NCBI GenBank assembly: GCA_964016885.1 | Contig: OZ024740.1 | Coordinates: 264,616,001-264,680,000, forward strand | Length of the DNA: 64,000 bases | Direction: 5' to 3' | Origin: Eledone cirrhosa | Lineage: Eukaryota | Shown: piece by piece, positions 1 through 14,298 of the stretch | Position numbering within the stretch: position 1 is the stretch's first letter | Layout: the number at the start of each line of letters is the position of its first letter | Translations under genes and position numbers: made by a program | Notes under the pieces: generated by a model | Database searches by the model: none | What the model saw: the letters and a program-made list of their open reading frames with translations, nothing else | What the model was told of the DNA's origin: nothing

Positions 1-104
1 GAGGTCGACCTAACACATCGAGCGTGAGGCCGGGGATTGAAAAATAATTTCTTTATACTGAAAAATCCGTTATAATGTTATTCGTTATAATGGAATTTTA
101 CCTA
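1..104. mobile_element. Possible end of a Tc1/pogo(Tigger)-like MITE
   Basis: Ends gttataatggaattttacc-TA, resembling the reverse complement of CAGTAAAACCTCGTTATAAC-type termini. The other end would lie outside the window. Confidence 0.3.
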
Positions 105-235
105 TATATATATGTATATATAATTAGTAAATTTGTATTTCAATGTTACTAAGTAGTTGCATTGGATGGAGTCAACCGACGTCAGAGATTGCTCAACGTA
201 TAATAAAGTGTGTTTTAAAATCCGAAGAAAATATG

Positions 236-1164
236 GAGAAGAAGTTTATGAAATGGAAATGCGGGTATAAAGAATTTATTAGGTAACAATTGTTTCTATA
301 GTGTATGGGTTACCTATACCTCGCTATTTGAATAATATAAAAATATTATCATAAACCGAAGGTACACTGTAAGCAAACACCCCATGTCGTCAGACTTTTG
401 TATTGGAATGATATGAAAATATTTCATACACTAGATAAAAGAGAAAGAAGGAGGTAGGAAGAGAAGGGGAAGAGGGAAGTGAGTAAGGTGGAGGGAGTCC
501 TAGGATTTAAGACTGTCAGACTAGTAGAGATTGTAAGGAGAGAATGTTTTGGCAGCAGTTAGCTTAATGAGGCGTGTTAGGGTTGGCGGGGGAGGTAAAT
601 TCTTCTAGTGGTGTTGTTCGGACAAAATTTAGTTAAAGGGGTCAAAGTGGTACATAGTTACAGACAAGTTATTGGGGCTATTATAGTAGCAGGTTATTTC
701 TAAAGGGGTCCAGAAAACAGTGTTTAGTACTATTATTATAGAAAGCCATATCTTGTGTATAAACATATAAAACAGAAATTTGCAAACGGTGGTGTAAAAA
801 GGTAACATTATATGCATTTAGAAAAAGAAAAAGTCCTTTTCAAACGATGGTTACAGTATAGTGAACGTTCAATTTCGCTGTTCAAAAGTTTGTTTACCGA
901 CGTTAAAATGCAGTATATCTCCAAATTGCATAATTTGCAGAATCGATGATTTTGCTTATATGCAGGCGCAGATGCAATAATTTGCCAATCAAGGGAGAAT
1001 GCTTGATTGTTCCTCCGGAGCTGCCAGGCTTTATCGGCGAGGGTTGTTACGGAGCACATTTTCTCGTGCCTGATCGAAGATCGATGTTGGTATAGGCGAG
1101 CTTTGAAAGAAGTTGCGGTACATCCGACGTAATACCATTTGTTGGTTCCGGAATTTATTGTACA
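236..1164 (-). mobile_element. Inverted copy of the 3' part (GIY-YIG C-terminal half plus 3' UTR) of Penelope-like element 1
   Basis: Near-perfect reverse complement of 2631-3570. ORF 808-1059(-) TTLADKAWQL...CKLCNLEIYCI...CNHR is the C-terminal part of a PLE endonuclease. Confidence 0.95.
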
Positions 1165-3570
1165 ACATTAATAACGCAGCATGTGATATTGTTAAGAAAC
1201 TGAAAATTGACGACAGAACGGTACCCCTATCTCCAGCTACACCGACTTTTAATCTGAAGGACCATAAGGATAACTTCGATACTAACCCTAAAATTAGATT
1301 AGTATGTCCTTCAAAGTCCGATATGGGTAGAATCAGTAAGTAAATATTAGATCGTATTATCCCCCAAGTTGAGGCTAAGGTAGATATTAAATTATGGGGT
1401 AATACTCAACAGGCAATAAGATGGTTCAATAACATTAGGGACAAAAACAAATCTTCTTTTATTCAATTCGATATAGATGAATACTATTCCTCTATTTCAC
1501 CCGAGACCCTGCATAAGGCCTTCTCTTTCGCTAAGACTAACTCGGACCTCACAAACGAGGAAATTAATATTATACTTGAAGCTAGACGCACAGTAGTGCA
1601 CTTTGAAAATAGTTATTGGGTCCGCAGAGATAGACACTCGGAATTCGACATTACGATGGGTGCTAATGATTCGGCGGAGGTCACGGATCTGGTTGGGATC
1701 TATATAGCCCACAGACTCCAGAGTGAATTTACGGACCTCCACGGCGGAATATACCGCGACGATACACTTCTATTAGTCAAGAATATGAACAAACAAAACC
1801 TAGAAAGGCGACTTAAAAACATTAGGAAACTTTTCTTAGAACTAGGGCTTAATATTACCTTCGAACAAAATCTTAAGGTGGTCAACTTCTTGGATGTCAC
1901 CTTCAACCTTAATAACGGTAATATAGAGCCATTTCACAAACTTAATGAACATCTTAAGTACGGTAATGTAAAATCAAACCATCCCCATTCCATTATTAAA
2001 TCTATCTCTAAAAATATATCCATCAGGATCTCCCGACTGTCGTCTAATTTGCAGACCTTCAACGAGCATGCTGAATATTATAATGACGCACTTAGAAAAG
2101 CTGGTTACTGCGAGAAAATAGAATATCTAGACGATAACCACATAAGTACTATGAATAAAACACATCTAAGTCGAACTAGTATTGCACCACACACACACAT
2201 CAATAGGCATACTAATAGGTGCAAACCAGCAAATAGAGTCAGACGTAGAGAGTACATATGGTATAACCCCGTGTACAATACTTCTATTAGCACTAAGATT
2301 ATCTCACAATTCTATACACTGATAAATAAACACTTTACAACTTCACATAAATACTATAAAATCTTTAACTCGCGCACCATTAGACTCTCATACTCCACTG
2401 CACCTAATATAGAACAAGTAATTAAAAAACTCAACTCAGCAATACTAAATAAGTACATCCCTAATGACTCAGCGCACCAGCATAGCAACATACAACGCAC
2501 TAACATGTAACTACAACCCCACCAAACTATCCAGGATTCTACTGCAAAACATAAAAATAATTGTAACTGCACCAAACTAGGTACGTGCCCACTGAATAAC
2601 CAGTGCCAAGCACGCAATATTGTCTACCGATGTACAATAAATTCCGGAACCAACAAATGGTATTACGTCGGATGTACCGCAACTTCTTTCAAAGCTCGCC
2701 TATACCAACATCGATCTTCGATCAGGCACGAGAAAATGCGCTCCGTAACAACCCTCGCCGATAAAGCCTGGCAGCTCCGGAGGAACAATCAAGCATTCTC
2801 CCTTGATTGGCAAATTATTGCATCTGCGCCTGCATATTAGCAAAATCATCGATTCTGCAAATTATGCAATTTAGAGATATACTGCATTTTAACGTCGGTA
2901 AACAAACTTTTGAACAGCAAAATTGAACGTTCACCATCGTTCACCATCACTGTAACCATCGTTTGAAAAGGACTTTTTCTTTTTTTAAATGCATATAATG
3001 TTACCTTTTTACACCACCGTTTGCAAATTTCTGTTTTATATGTTTATACACAAGATATGGCTTTCTATAATAATAGTACTAAACACTGCTTTCTGGACCC
3101 CTTTAGAAATAACCTGCTACTATAATAGCCCCAATAACTTGTCTGTAACTATGTACCTCTTTGACCCCTTTAACTAAATTTTGTCCGAACAACACCACTA
3201 GAAGAATTTACCTCCCCCGCCAACCCTAACACGCCTCATTAAGCTAACTGCTGCCAAAACATTCTCTCCTTACAATCTCTACTAGTCTGACAGTCTTAAA
3301 TCCTAGGACTCCCTCCACCTTACTCACTTCCCTCTTCCCCTTCTCTTCCTACCTCCTTCTTTCTCTTTTATCTAGTGTATGAAATATTTTCATATCATTC
3401 CAATACAAAAGTCTGACGACATGGGGTGTTTGCTTACAGTGTACCTTCGGTTTATGATAGTATTTTTATATTATTCAAATAGCGAGGTATAGGTAACCCA
3501 TACACTATAGAAACAATTGTTACCTAATAAATTCTTTATACCCGCATTTCCCTTTCATAAACTTCTTCTC
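1165..3570 (+). mobile_element. Penelope-like retroelement 1 (Naiad-type; RT plus GIY-YIG), 5'-truncated, few in-frame stops
   Basis: Motifs LKDHKDNF, RLVCPSKSDMG, FIQFDIDEYY, MGANDSAEVTDLVG, GIYRDD, VNFLDV, SNHP, YIWYNP, CNC..CPLNNQC, IVY..WYYVG. Stops at about 1341, 2508 and 2838. Confidence 0.93.
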
Positions 3571-3631
3571 TCTCTCTCTCTATATATATATATAGAATGT
3601 CAATATTTATTTATAAAACTGATCTATATTA

Positions 3632-3689
3632 TATTTTATCTGATGAAAGCATACCATAATTTAACTTGGTGTCCTTGAATAATAAAATA
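3632..3689 (+). ncRNA. Degenerate type I hammerhead ribozyme (stem III deleted)
   Basis: tattttat CTGATGA aagcatacca..tggtgtcctt GAA TA ataaaata. Stem I is the same as in the HHRs at 44386 and 48128. Confidence 0.7.
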
Positions 3690-3729
3690 GATATGGTGTT
3701 ATAAATATAGTTTCCATTTGTTAATATCG

Positions 3730-3785
<56 letters not shown>

Positions 3786-3852
3786 TAACAGATTAAAGTT
3801 TAAGCAAAGAATCGAGCCCTCTTTGGATTTTAGTCTTCAATTTTATTATTAT

Positions 3853-3926
<74 letters not shown>

Positions 3927-5257
3927 ATGCATGTGTGTGTGTGTGTGTGTGTATGTGTGTGTATGTCTGTGTGTGTGTGTATAATTTCTATGGTCTTAAT
4001 ATACATAAATCCACCTATTTGAAAGTGTTCATTTTAATTGCAGTGTTTCACAGGTACGAACAAAACAATTCTTTTCAAATGCTTGTTATGTATTCAAACA
4101 CATATCAACGCATCCCCCGCAGCAATTGTCAATTCCATTAGATATTAATTATGAGATTTAGAATATACACTTCCAATATTCTCCAATAACTATTTTAAAT
4201 TTTAGCATTTTGTCATTAACCGATTCACACACATACTAATTGAGAATAGTTATTATATTGTGTATAAATATATTAAAGGCATTTTCAAAAATATGTCCTT
4301 AAAGGAAGTTTCTATTTCGTAAAAGAAAAAGAAAATATCTAAGATTTCCTTCTCACATCCAAAATAATGACCTCTCATTTAGTGTTGATGGCAAACTCAC
4401 ATTTCATTTATTGAAAGTTTCATTTCCCATTTGACGCATCTGATATTCGTCTTTGTTTCTCCATCCTTTACAAAAGCAATATTATTCCCTGGAGCCGTCT
4501 CTTAACTTTAGTTATTTGTAATCTGGAAACTGATGAAATGTAATTTTTCTTTCGAGATTATGCATTTTCCTAACATTCATTGTTGTGTTCGCTTTCATTT
4601 AAATTATTTCATTGTTTCTTCTGCAACACCGCTTTTCTAATGAACCTTTTATTCTGGTTTACAATTCCGTCACTTTTTGTGTTTTATTATATTCTCAAAA
4701 CAGCTCATTTGCAAATCTTTCAGTATTGAATAGAATATTTTCTTTAATGCATCTATATTTTTATACTGCCAAATTATTATACTTTTTAATTTTCCAACCA
4801 ACAATGTGACAGACATGTTATACATAATCTAATTGAAAAATCCCTATTGTTCAAATTGATGACATATCCCCAATATTTCACTCCATTTCTATATAATTGT
4901 TCATGGGCTACGAGTTGTCTTATTTGACTTCTGGTAGGAAATAATCTTAGTTTCTCTATCAATTTAACATTAGCAAACATGTGAGGAAGATAAAAAGCGT
5001 GATATTTCCTCTGTTGTTATTTCCGTAATTTTCCATTGTGGTTTCAATATTAAAAAGGTTAAGTTACCTCTTCATATGCAGATTACGAAAAAGTCGTTGA
5101 AAACTTTTCAGATGAGTGATAATATATCCCTCACCTTCACACATATATTCAAGAATGGCTTCATTTAACAGGAAATTGTAGAATAATTGACACACATATT
5201 TACTCAAAACTTAACATCGAATATCTAATTTTCAGAAAAATATGATTGAATGCGATA

Positions 5258-5322
<65 letters not shown>

Positions 5323-7076
5323 CTCTCTATTTCTCTCTCCCTCTCTCCCTCTCACACACACACACTCTCTCTCATAAATAATCATTTAAATTCTTCACCG
5401 TCATATCAGCTTCCAAGTAGGAGTTTTCGAGGTGGGTTTCGTTTGGGGAAAACTGCAACCAATCCCTAATGAATTGTATTTACTATTTGTACATTGTGAG
5501 AGGTAAAACCACGTGTAATAAGTAAAAATTCTATGGCTCTAATAGCAGCTTCACTTGTTTCATGAGTTCTGCATTGGGTGTGTTGTTTAATGGCGGTGAT
5601 GGGGTGAGTTCATGCAGTCGAAGATAGTGGTGTTCAAAACCTTTTAGGATTTCTGTTGCCAAATTCATAAATACTATAAACGAGTTTTAGTGTTTGAGGA
5701 GACGGTGTAGCTGCACTATGAGTTACGGGTAGGGGTTCTGTTATGTTTTCTGCTGTTGGCCTTGTTTACACTGGGTGCCTTTTTGTTTCCTGAGATATTG
5801 GGGAAAGCTTGAACAGACAATGCAACAATAGGGAAAGTTTTTATTGTAGGTTTAGTGTTAACTTCGAGTGCTGTTGTAATAGTCTGTGTGTGTATATATA
5901 TATAGAGAGAGACGAGGGGGGGGGGGGTAATAAGTGGTTCATCACTAGAAGTGGTGAAAGCAGTAACAGTAGCAGTAGCAGTAACAGTAGAAGATGAAAG
6001 AAAAAATTATGGCTATGAAGATATTGTGGAATTCCGAGACAGTGAAGAAAGGCTGTTGAGTGTGTCAGTGAATAATCTATTTTGCTAATGTTGGTGCGAG
6101 GCTGAGGCTCTGGTTACTGTTGCAGATGTTGCTGTGACAGCTGATATTGTTGTTGTTACTGTCGTTGTTGTTTAGTTGCTGATGCTCCTCAGATTTGACT
6201 GTAGCAAGGAAACATATATGAAGGAGGTTTCCAAAATGTTAATGAAATTTCGTTGTGCTTAAGATGGTTCTACATTTAATTTTCTGATCGGTTATTGAAC
6301 AACTAGACAGTTTTTTCTTGTTTATATGATTCAGTTATATTGCTTTGCGGAATATAGTTAGGCCCTTTTACTTTCTGAGTTCAAATCCCGCCGAGGTTAG
6401 CTTTGCCTTTCGTCCTATAGAATAAAGCAGTTACTCTTTCTCCAGCCATCTCCCTTACCATCCTCCGGGGAAACACCTTCTCCAATCTGTCCAACGGGGC
6501 TGTGGGGCAGCCAGCACGTGCTCACAATACAGAGAGATGGGGAGGGCGAGAGAGATTGAGGCGATGAGAGTGAGAGTTCGGCTCTTCCCTGTTCGGACAT
6601 ATTGCATCTTTCATGTGGATCATGTGATATTTTACTGGTACGTTATTTTATCAAAGCCTGATCTTGACGGGATTTAAACTCGGAATACAACGAAATCATG
6701 TTTGACCAATTCCGCATTCTTATAGACCTTGTGCATTTAATGACAGACTCAGGCTTCATTGACAGACAAATCGAATATTGCATGCTGTCAGGGTATCATC
6801 ATTCGCTCTCTAGTAAATTTGTCAAAAACCCTAAGCGGTCGAGACCTACGGCGTTATTGGTCCCTGACAGCCTCCAATTGTTATTACTGGGGTGGTGTTC
6901 AATAACCACCTGAATAAGCCCCATGAGATGGAATAGCTATTTCAACGTGTCTCCCTCGCCTTCCAACGGGGCAGCTCTCTCTTCATTCTGTCCATTAGTA
7001 CCACGAAGTGGCAGAGGCGTCCAGGCCTGTATAATTTGGGCATTATGCGTGAGTACTCTTTATGCTCACACCTACA

Positions 7077-7197
<121 letters not shown>

Positions 7198-7476
7198 TGT
7201 TATACATCGGGAGGGTCATGTTGCCAATAAGAAACACACGCACCAGTTGCTTTCACTTCAATTTATTATAGTAAATTTATAAATTTAGGAATTTATAAAT
7301 TTCCGGTTGGTTGGTTCCACAACCAGATGGTTGTTTATATATTGTAAAAGTTATTTCGTCACACATTATGTGACCTCTTCAGTGACTGGGGATTCTTTTC
7401 TTTGTTTTTGTGCCTCTCCTTTGTTCTGTCCTACGCCATCTTGTTTCTGTGTGTGTTTTGTGTGCTCAGTCTGCGC

Positions 7477-7528
<52 letters not shown>

Positions 7529-7648
7529 AAGAAAATCAAGGATAACAAATTATTATTTATTCATACATCTATACGGATATTCAATATGGCTAGGATATCA
7601 TATCCATGTGCAGAGTAACTAGAGATCATTATTTAAAAATGATTATAG

Positions 7649-7841
7649 GGGCAGATTATTGGCAATCTCGGAAGAGAGGCGGATGCCATGCTTTGATGGA
7701 AAGAGTTTCGGTCCTTGCCATTCTGAGTTCAAATCCCGCCGGGGTTAACTTTGCCTTTCATCCTTAAGGGGTGGATAAAATAAAGTACCAGTAATGCACT
7801 GAGTAATAGCTGGCTTTGTCCCAAAAGTAGAAACTATTATT
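7649..7841 (+). mobile_element. tRNA-derived SINE family A (Meta-like domain)
   Basis: B-box-like gagttcaaatccc, then ctttgcctttcatcc..gataaaataaagtacca and a tagaaac-tattat tail. Confidence 0.85.
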
Positions 7842-9108
7842 TAAAAATTATCCCCAGTATGGCTGATTCATCCCAACCTAACTCTTCAGGAAATATTCAG
7901 AACAATAAAAAAATAATAATGAATACCATAAGACAATATCCAATAGGGAGAAGAGTTAAAAAAATGGAGCTTTTAGGCAGGTAGTAAGGTTCAAGTGCAT
8001 ATTATGCAGAGGTTTTCATAAGGAATTTCTTTTCCAAAATCCATGCAAGATTATAAGTGTACCTGTGTCTCTGTGTTTTTCTTTTTTTAAGGGGGGGGGG
8101 GGGAGGGGCGCAAAAATAGTTATTTAGCTAGTAATTTGTTAATGTAGCGGTTGTTAAAGTTTTTCTTTATATAGTTAGGTTAGTTTGTTTAGTTATTTAT
8201 AAGAGAAAGATTTGAAAAGCATTTACCACTTTTTTAAGTTAGTTAGCGTTGTAAGTATGTATAGAAAAATCGTATATATATAGAGATAAATATTCTCATA
8301 TATATACAATTTTAAATGTTCTGCTACAGGAACCGTTCTTTAAAACAAGATATCTTAATTATCTATTTTTTTACCCCAGAAGGACAGAGGGCAATAAAGT
8401 GCATGGAACTTATCTCATCTAAGTCGACATTCTAACAACTGTTACCAAATATCACACAATTTACACTCTATCATCGAACAAAAGGAAAGAAAGACTTTTG
8501 AATAATGTAGTCGTGAACAGAGAGGTTTTTTATTATATGTCTACTGGATGAAAACTGGTCTAAAGTGATAGAACAGTATAATATATTAATAGATGGACTG
8601 CTGTGCTTATATAAATGTATAAGTCACTGTTTATTGTTATTCTTCTTGTTGGTAATATATTCTTATGTTGGCCCAGTTCGTATTAGCAACAACGGTTTCC
8701 AAACATGGCCATGAGACATTTCTGATCTGCATCTCCAAAGTATTAAACTGTACTACGTAGAAAATGTTGGCGTATTTCTAGAAAATGAAAGTTCGTAAAT
8801 AAGACACATTTGTGTTGCGTCATTGTTTAAGAATGTGATAATTAAACACTAGAAAATTCATTTCTATAATGGGGAAATATTTTCATATCAAGGTATTACT
8901 TCTATAAATATATCTATATATATTCCAACTTATCACCCTGTTTCTCACCTTCCCTCTCCCTTTCTCTCTCTTTCCCTCTTAATGTATTTATATCTATACA
9001 TACATACATATATACATGCAAATGAGATTAATCACCTCATTTACACAGACGAAAATAACATATATGTTCGCCTGTTTTCAAAATCCAGCAGTTGCAAGAG
9101 TGGGAGAG

Positions 9109-9152
9109 ATCGTCCTGACGATAACCAGTTGAGTTCGAAATGCATCGACGAT
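9109..9152 (+). ncRNA. Minimal type I hammerhead ribozyme
   Basis: atcgtc CTGACGA t-aac cagttga gtt-c GAAA tgca TC gacgat: 6-bp stem I, palindromic stem III ATGCAT, AUC cleavage triplet. Confidence 0.8.
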
Positions 9153-9433
9153 TGTCCCCCTTGTTTCTGCCGAGCACCACTTGGCGGTATCAGCTGCCAG
9201 TGTTTTTCATAGCTATGGCTTTCTAAATGTTTATTTATAAACAGTGTATTTATTCAGAAATACGAAATTCAAACACATATTTGTATACAGCTATGTTCGA
9301 AGCTAAATTCTAATTGTATTATATATATATCGACAGTCAATCGACATTCGTCAAATAGGACCGAGGTAACAATGTTTCCATTGGTCTTTCCAATTGTTAA
9401 ATTCTATCTCTCAGTCGCAACTCCAGATGGAAT

Positions 9434-10401
9434 TACGATTTCACAGAACTTATGTTTACCGAATTCGCAGACCAGACCCATTCTTCCTCCCGTTAGACCT
9501 GTGCGAAATTCCTTCCTTGCTCACATTTCAACCAGGTTTGATGGTCTTTATTCTCTCGTTCACGATTTCACCGAACTTAAATTCATAGAAATCTGGGACT
9601 TGTCTCCTTCTTCCTCACTTTCTGTTGCCTCACCATTTTGTTTGTTTACCCTCGCGTCCCCTTTATTTACGTGTCCCAACGACTTTTTTTAGCCGTTGCT
9701 CGCACCAACCGGAGGTATATGGTCTTTAAAGCGATGAAATGCCTATGATAGTTGGAAGATCACTGATGAAGGACAAACTTTTTCCATATGTAACCCATTT
9801 GCAACTCCGCAGCGCCCTTATTATCATATTTACACATATTTTTTCCTCTGCTGCTACACCGTCTTTTTCGTTCTATGTATCTTTACCCTTTCTAGCAGTC
9901 TCTCTCTCTGTTAGCCTCTTCCTCACCCTTCACTCATTCTCTGTCACTACCTCTCCTCCTCCTCTTTCTTCCCGTTTGACCTGTGAGTAATTCTTTTCTC
10001 TCACATTCTCGGCCAAGCTGGTCGGAATTTTTTTTCTCTCTCGTCTACGATTTCACAGAACTTATGTTTACCGAATTCGCAGACACGACCCCTTCTTCCT
10101 CCCGTTAGACCTGTGCGAAATCCCTTCCTTGCTCACATTTCAACCAGGTTTGATGGTCTTTATTCTCTCGTTCACGATTTCACCGAACTTAAATTCATAG
10201 AAATCTGGGACTTGTCTCCTTCTTCCTCACTTTCTGTTGCCTCACCATTTTGTTTGTTTACCCTCGCGTCCCCTTTATTTACGTGTCCCAACGACTTTTT
10301 TTAGCCGTTTCTCGCACCAACCGGAGGTATATGGTCTTTAAAGCGATGAAATGCCTATGATAGTTGGAAGATAACTGATGAAGGACAAACTTTTCTCATA
10401 T
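9434..10401. repeat. Direct repeat of about 355 bp (9434-9789 and 10046-10401), 612-bp period
   Basis: Near-identical copies; identical translated peptides at 9372 and 10113. Both end in CTGATGAAGGACAAAC. Confidence 0.9.
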
Positions 10402-10507
10402 ATATATATATACGTAACTAAGTAAGTAGGACAATCAAATACATAAATATGAACGTTGATAACCTAGAACAAACGCTTAGTAATCGCTGGATATCCCTAT
10501 ATGTAAA

Positions 10508-10883
10508 TAAATTGTTTCTACTTTAGGCATAAGGCCAGCAATTACCCAGTGCATTACTGGTACTTTATTTTATCGACCCCGTAAGGATGTAAAGCAAAGT
10601 CAATCTCGGCGGGATTTGAACTCAGATCGTAAAGGGACGTAACTCTTTGCTGCAAAGCATGGTGTCCGACCCTCTACCGATACTGCCAATCCGCCGATAT
10701 GTAAATAATTGTTTCTACTTTAGGCACAAGGCCATCAGTTACCCAGTGCATTACTGGTACTTTATTTTATCGACCCCGTAAGGATGAAAGGCAAAGTCAA
10801 CCTCGGCGGGATTTGAACTCAGATCGTAAAGGGACGTAACTATGCTGGAACGCATGGTGTCCGACCCTCTACCGACACTGCCG
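10508..10883 (-). mobile_element. Two tandem SINE family A copies
   Basis: Copies at 10508-10696 and 10706-10883, with flanking duplications atatgtaaataa and gtaaataat. Confidence 0.9.
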
Positions 10884-11447
10884 TAAATAATACACTCTGA
10901 AAACAAAGCCAACAATAAACAAAACGTCTAGCTACTAAGACCAACGAATTCCAAACTCGTTACTAATACACTCAGTAAAACAAAGGTAGTTTTCAACTAA
11001 ATATCTATACTAGAAGCCTCCATAATCCCTACCTCAGACATTTACATGCATGTATATATATATGTGTGTGTATGTGTGTGGGGTGGGGGTGTATGCATGT
11101 GTGGTTGTGTGTGTACATGTGTGTCTTTCTGTGTATGAGTGTATGTGTGTGTATGTGTGTGTTTGTCTTTCTGTGTGTGTGTGTTAGATTTCCAAATGTA
11201 TATTTCTTTTTTAATGTCAACAGCAAAACTTATTGGAACATTAGATTTCTTTGTCTTTGCGTTAATGTATGCAACTAATGAATGGAATTTAACCAGTGTC
11301 AGCATATGTGACTTGTTGTGAAAATAAATAATGCATGCCTTCTTTATAAAATATTCTAAAGATACTGCCCTGCTTTACCCGAATGCGATTACAAGAGTTT
11401 CCGCTGTCTCTTCATTATATATATATATGTATATGTATATGTATATG

Positions 11448-11517
<70 letters not shown>

Positions 11518-11609
11518 CGTATGGGTTTATGTATGTGTGCGTGTTAAATGCATATGTACAAGCATATGTATATTTAAATACATATATATGCATGCGGTCC
11601 ATGAATAGA

Positions 11610-11614
11610 TATTT

Positions 11615-11652
<38 letters not shown>

Positions 11653-11682
11653 TAATATATATATATATTTATATATATATAT

Positions 11683-11714
<32 letters not shown>

Positions 11715-11796
11715 ATATATATATATATTTATATATATATATTTTATATATATATATTAATATATATATATATATATTAATATATATATATATATA

Positions 11797-11856
<60 letters not shown>

Positions 11857-11898
11857 TATATATATATATATATATTAATATATATATATATATATATT

Positions 11899-11988
<90 letters not shown>

Positions 11989-12030
11989 TATATATATATT
12001 AATATATATATATATATTTATATATAGACA

Positions 12031-12063
<33 letters not shown>

Positions 12064-12078
12064 ATATATATATATATG
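11610..12078. repeat. Interrupted (TA)n microsatellite
   Basis: Direct reading. Confidence 0.95.
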
Positions 12079-12581
12079 TGGGTGTGGGGAGGGGCACATT
12101 GTATGCGTGTGTGTTTTTATGCGCATGTGTGATAGTGTATATCTGTCTGTAACTGTGTGGTGTAGAGTGCGAGTGTGTTTTCTGAAATTATATCCGTCCC
12201 TTTGAGAAATGCCACCTGCTCATGTGTATAGCGGAAAAATCAATTAAAATTATGTCACCGGGCTAATCTCTACCCTTCTCCAACCACTCATCTTTTCTTT
12301 CTTTTTGTAGCTCTTTCTTATTTTCCTCTTTTATTAACTATGATTTTAACTTTGCCTCACAATCCATTACTCTCTCAGTTTTCCCAAACATCCTCTTTAT
12401 TATGTTCTATCTCCCTCCATTTGTCTTTCTTTCTCTCTATCTATCCCTCAAGAATTTTTCCTCCTCATTTTATTTCTATTGTTTTTTTGTTTTTTTCCCC
12501 ACTTATACTTAGATCCTCCCTCTCTCTATCGCCTTCTCTCTCTCTCTCTCTTCCTTTTTTCTCTCTCTCTCTCTTTCTCTG

Positions 12582-12651
<70 letters not shown>

Positions 12652-13787
12652 TTTGTGAGTACCTGTGTGTGCTTGACGATCAGTTCTCGCTCTCCCTCCT
12701 TTCTCTGTCTGGTGATGCCGTCAAGTTCAGCAAAGAATACGGAGAAATATAATTTCTGTGTAAGTAAGAGATAGAAAGAAACAGAACAAAAGTAAAATAA
12801 AAGCTTTTGAATGTACCTGCGGCACAACTGTTTTCATTTTCTCATAATTCTACCGTACAACACACTCTCAGAGAGATAGCGACACAGATTCAGAGGTAGT
12901 GAAATTAAAAGCGAGAAAAAGTAAGAGAGAAGGATGAGAGGTATAAGACACAGCAGAGAAGAAAACGAAAGACAAGAGAAAATAAAACCAACAAAGAAAG
13001 AAAAAAAATGAATAGAAAGAAAAGAAGAAAAAATAACAAGTAAGAAAGTGAAAGAAAATCATAGATGGAATTATTACCACAGGGTCTCTTCTGGCTACAT
13101 AATGTCTAAACTCTTATATTGGAAAATCTTACTTCCTATTAAGATATCAGTTAAGCCAGAGGCTTTAGCCTCCCTCTGGCATTGCAAAGCAATTTTGACT
13201 TCTGTAGCAGATAATGGATTGTATGCTAAATGACGTGGACGGGGGCAATCCCTTAAGCAGCTATTAGATGAAGAGAAGAGAAAAGAAAGAAGAAAAAATA
13301 AATAAGAAGGGGAAAGAAAGATAATAATGATGGTGATGATTCGGAAAATTTAAAGTAAAAGGAGAAAGAGAAGAATAAGGAGGAGATGACGAAAAAGAAA
13401 ATTATCTTCACGCACTATATATATATATATATATATACGAGTATAAGCATGGCAGATCATCTGCAGGATATATACCCAAAAGGGTGATTTTTAAGAATAG
13501 CTAATGTCATGTGAGAGACATTGAATGAGAACTAAAAAGGCTGTTAGCCATATTAGACACTTTTATCCAACTTGTATTTGTGTTTGAAGGAGAGAACTAA
13601 GTACTTATTAAACCTTTTTACGATCCCGGAAAATAAACTACATATGTGTAAGAAAAGAATATATTCTATTAATCAAATGTGTTAGTCGATAAATAATAAT
13701 TTCGTTCGTCTTTGTGCTTTGCATAGTCGCTATATGACCCTCTCTTGCATTCTTTATTTCTACATCTACGTCTACATCTACGTCTAC

Positions 13788-13870
<83 letters not shown>

Positions 13871-14298
13871 ATATGATGTGATGTAAGCACAAAGGAAAAC
13901 GAAATTGGCATTCGATTAGCTAACATGTATGATATTTTCCTCAATGTGGTTTTGATCGCTGCGGAAATAATATCTACTAGTTTGCTCAAATTTAACATCG
14001 TATTTAAAATCCACCTAAAGACTGAATTTCGTAGAATCCGCTAACTCTTCCTACATCAATGTCATTCAAGCAACTGTCGTCGTTGAATATTATAAATCTG
14101 CATTTCTATAGTTCCTATACGATAAACATAGTTAGATACCAAATTAAAAACATTACATCTCAAAACCTTTAGTAAAATATTTATCTAACATCATTACTAT
14201 TTGGTAATGACAATAGAATGATTTATTCCAAATAATGCTCGATAATATATTACTAAATGGTGATAGATGTTAAATTGGTTGGTAAGAAGTCAAACAAA

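Noticed and set aside
1341-2840. In-frame stops in Naiad element 1 as possible selenocysteine recoding
   Set aside because: The stops are TAA or TAG at non-Cys positions, and one is a sense codon in the inverted copy; ordinary decay.
3413-3525. CTGACGA and GAAACAATTGTT in the 3' UTR of element 1
   Set aside because: The two half cores cannot be joined with a pairing stem I; at most a degenerate HHR.
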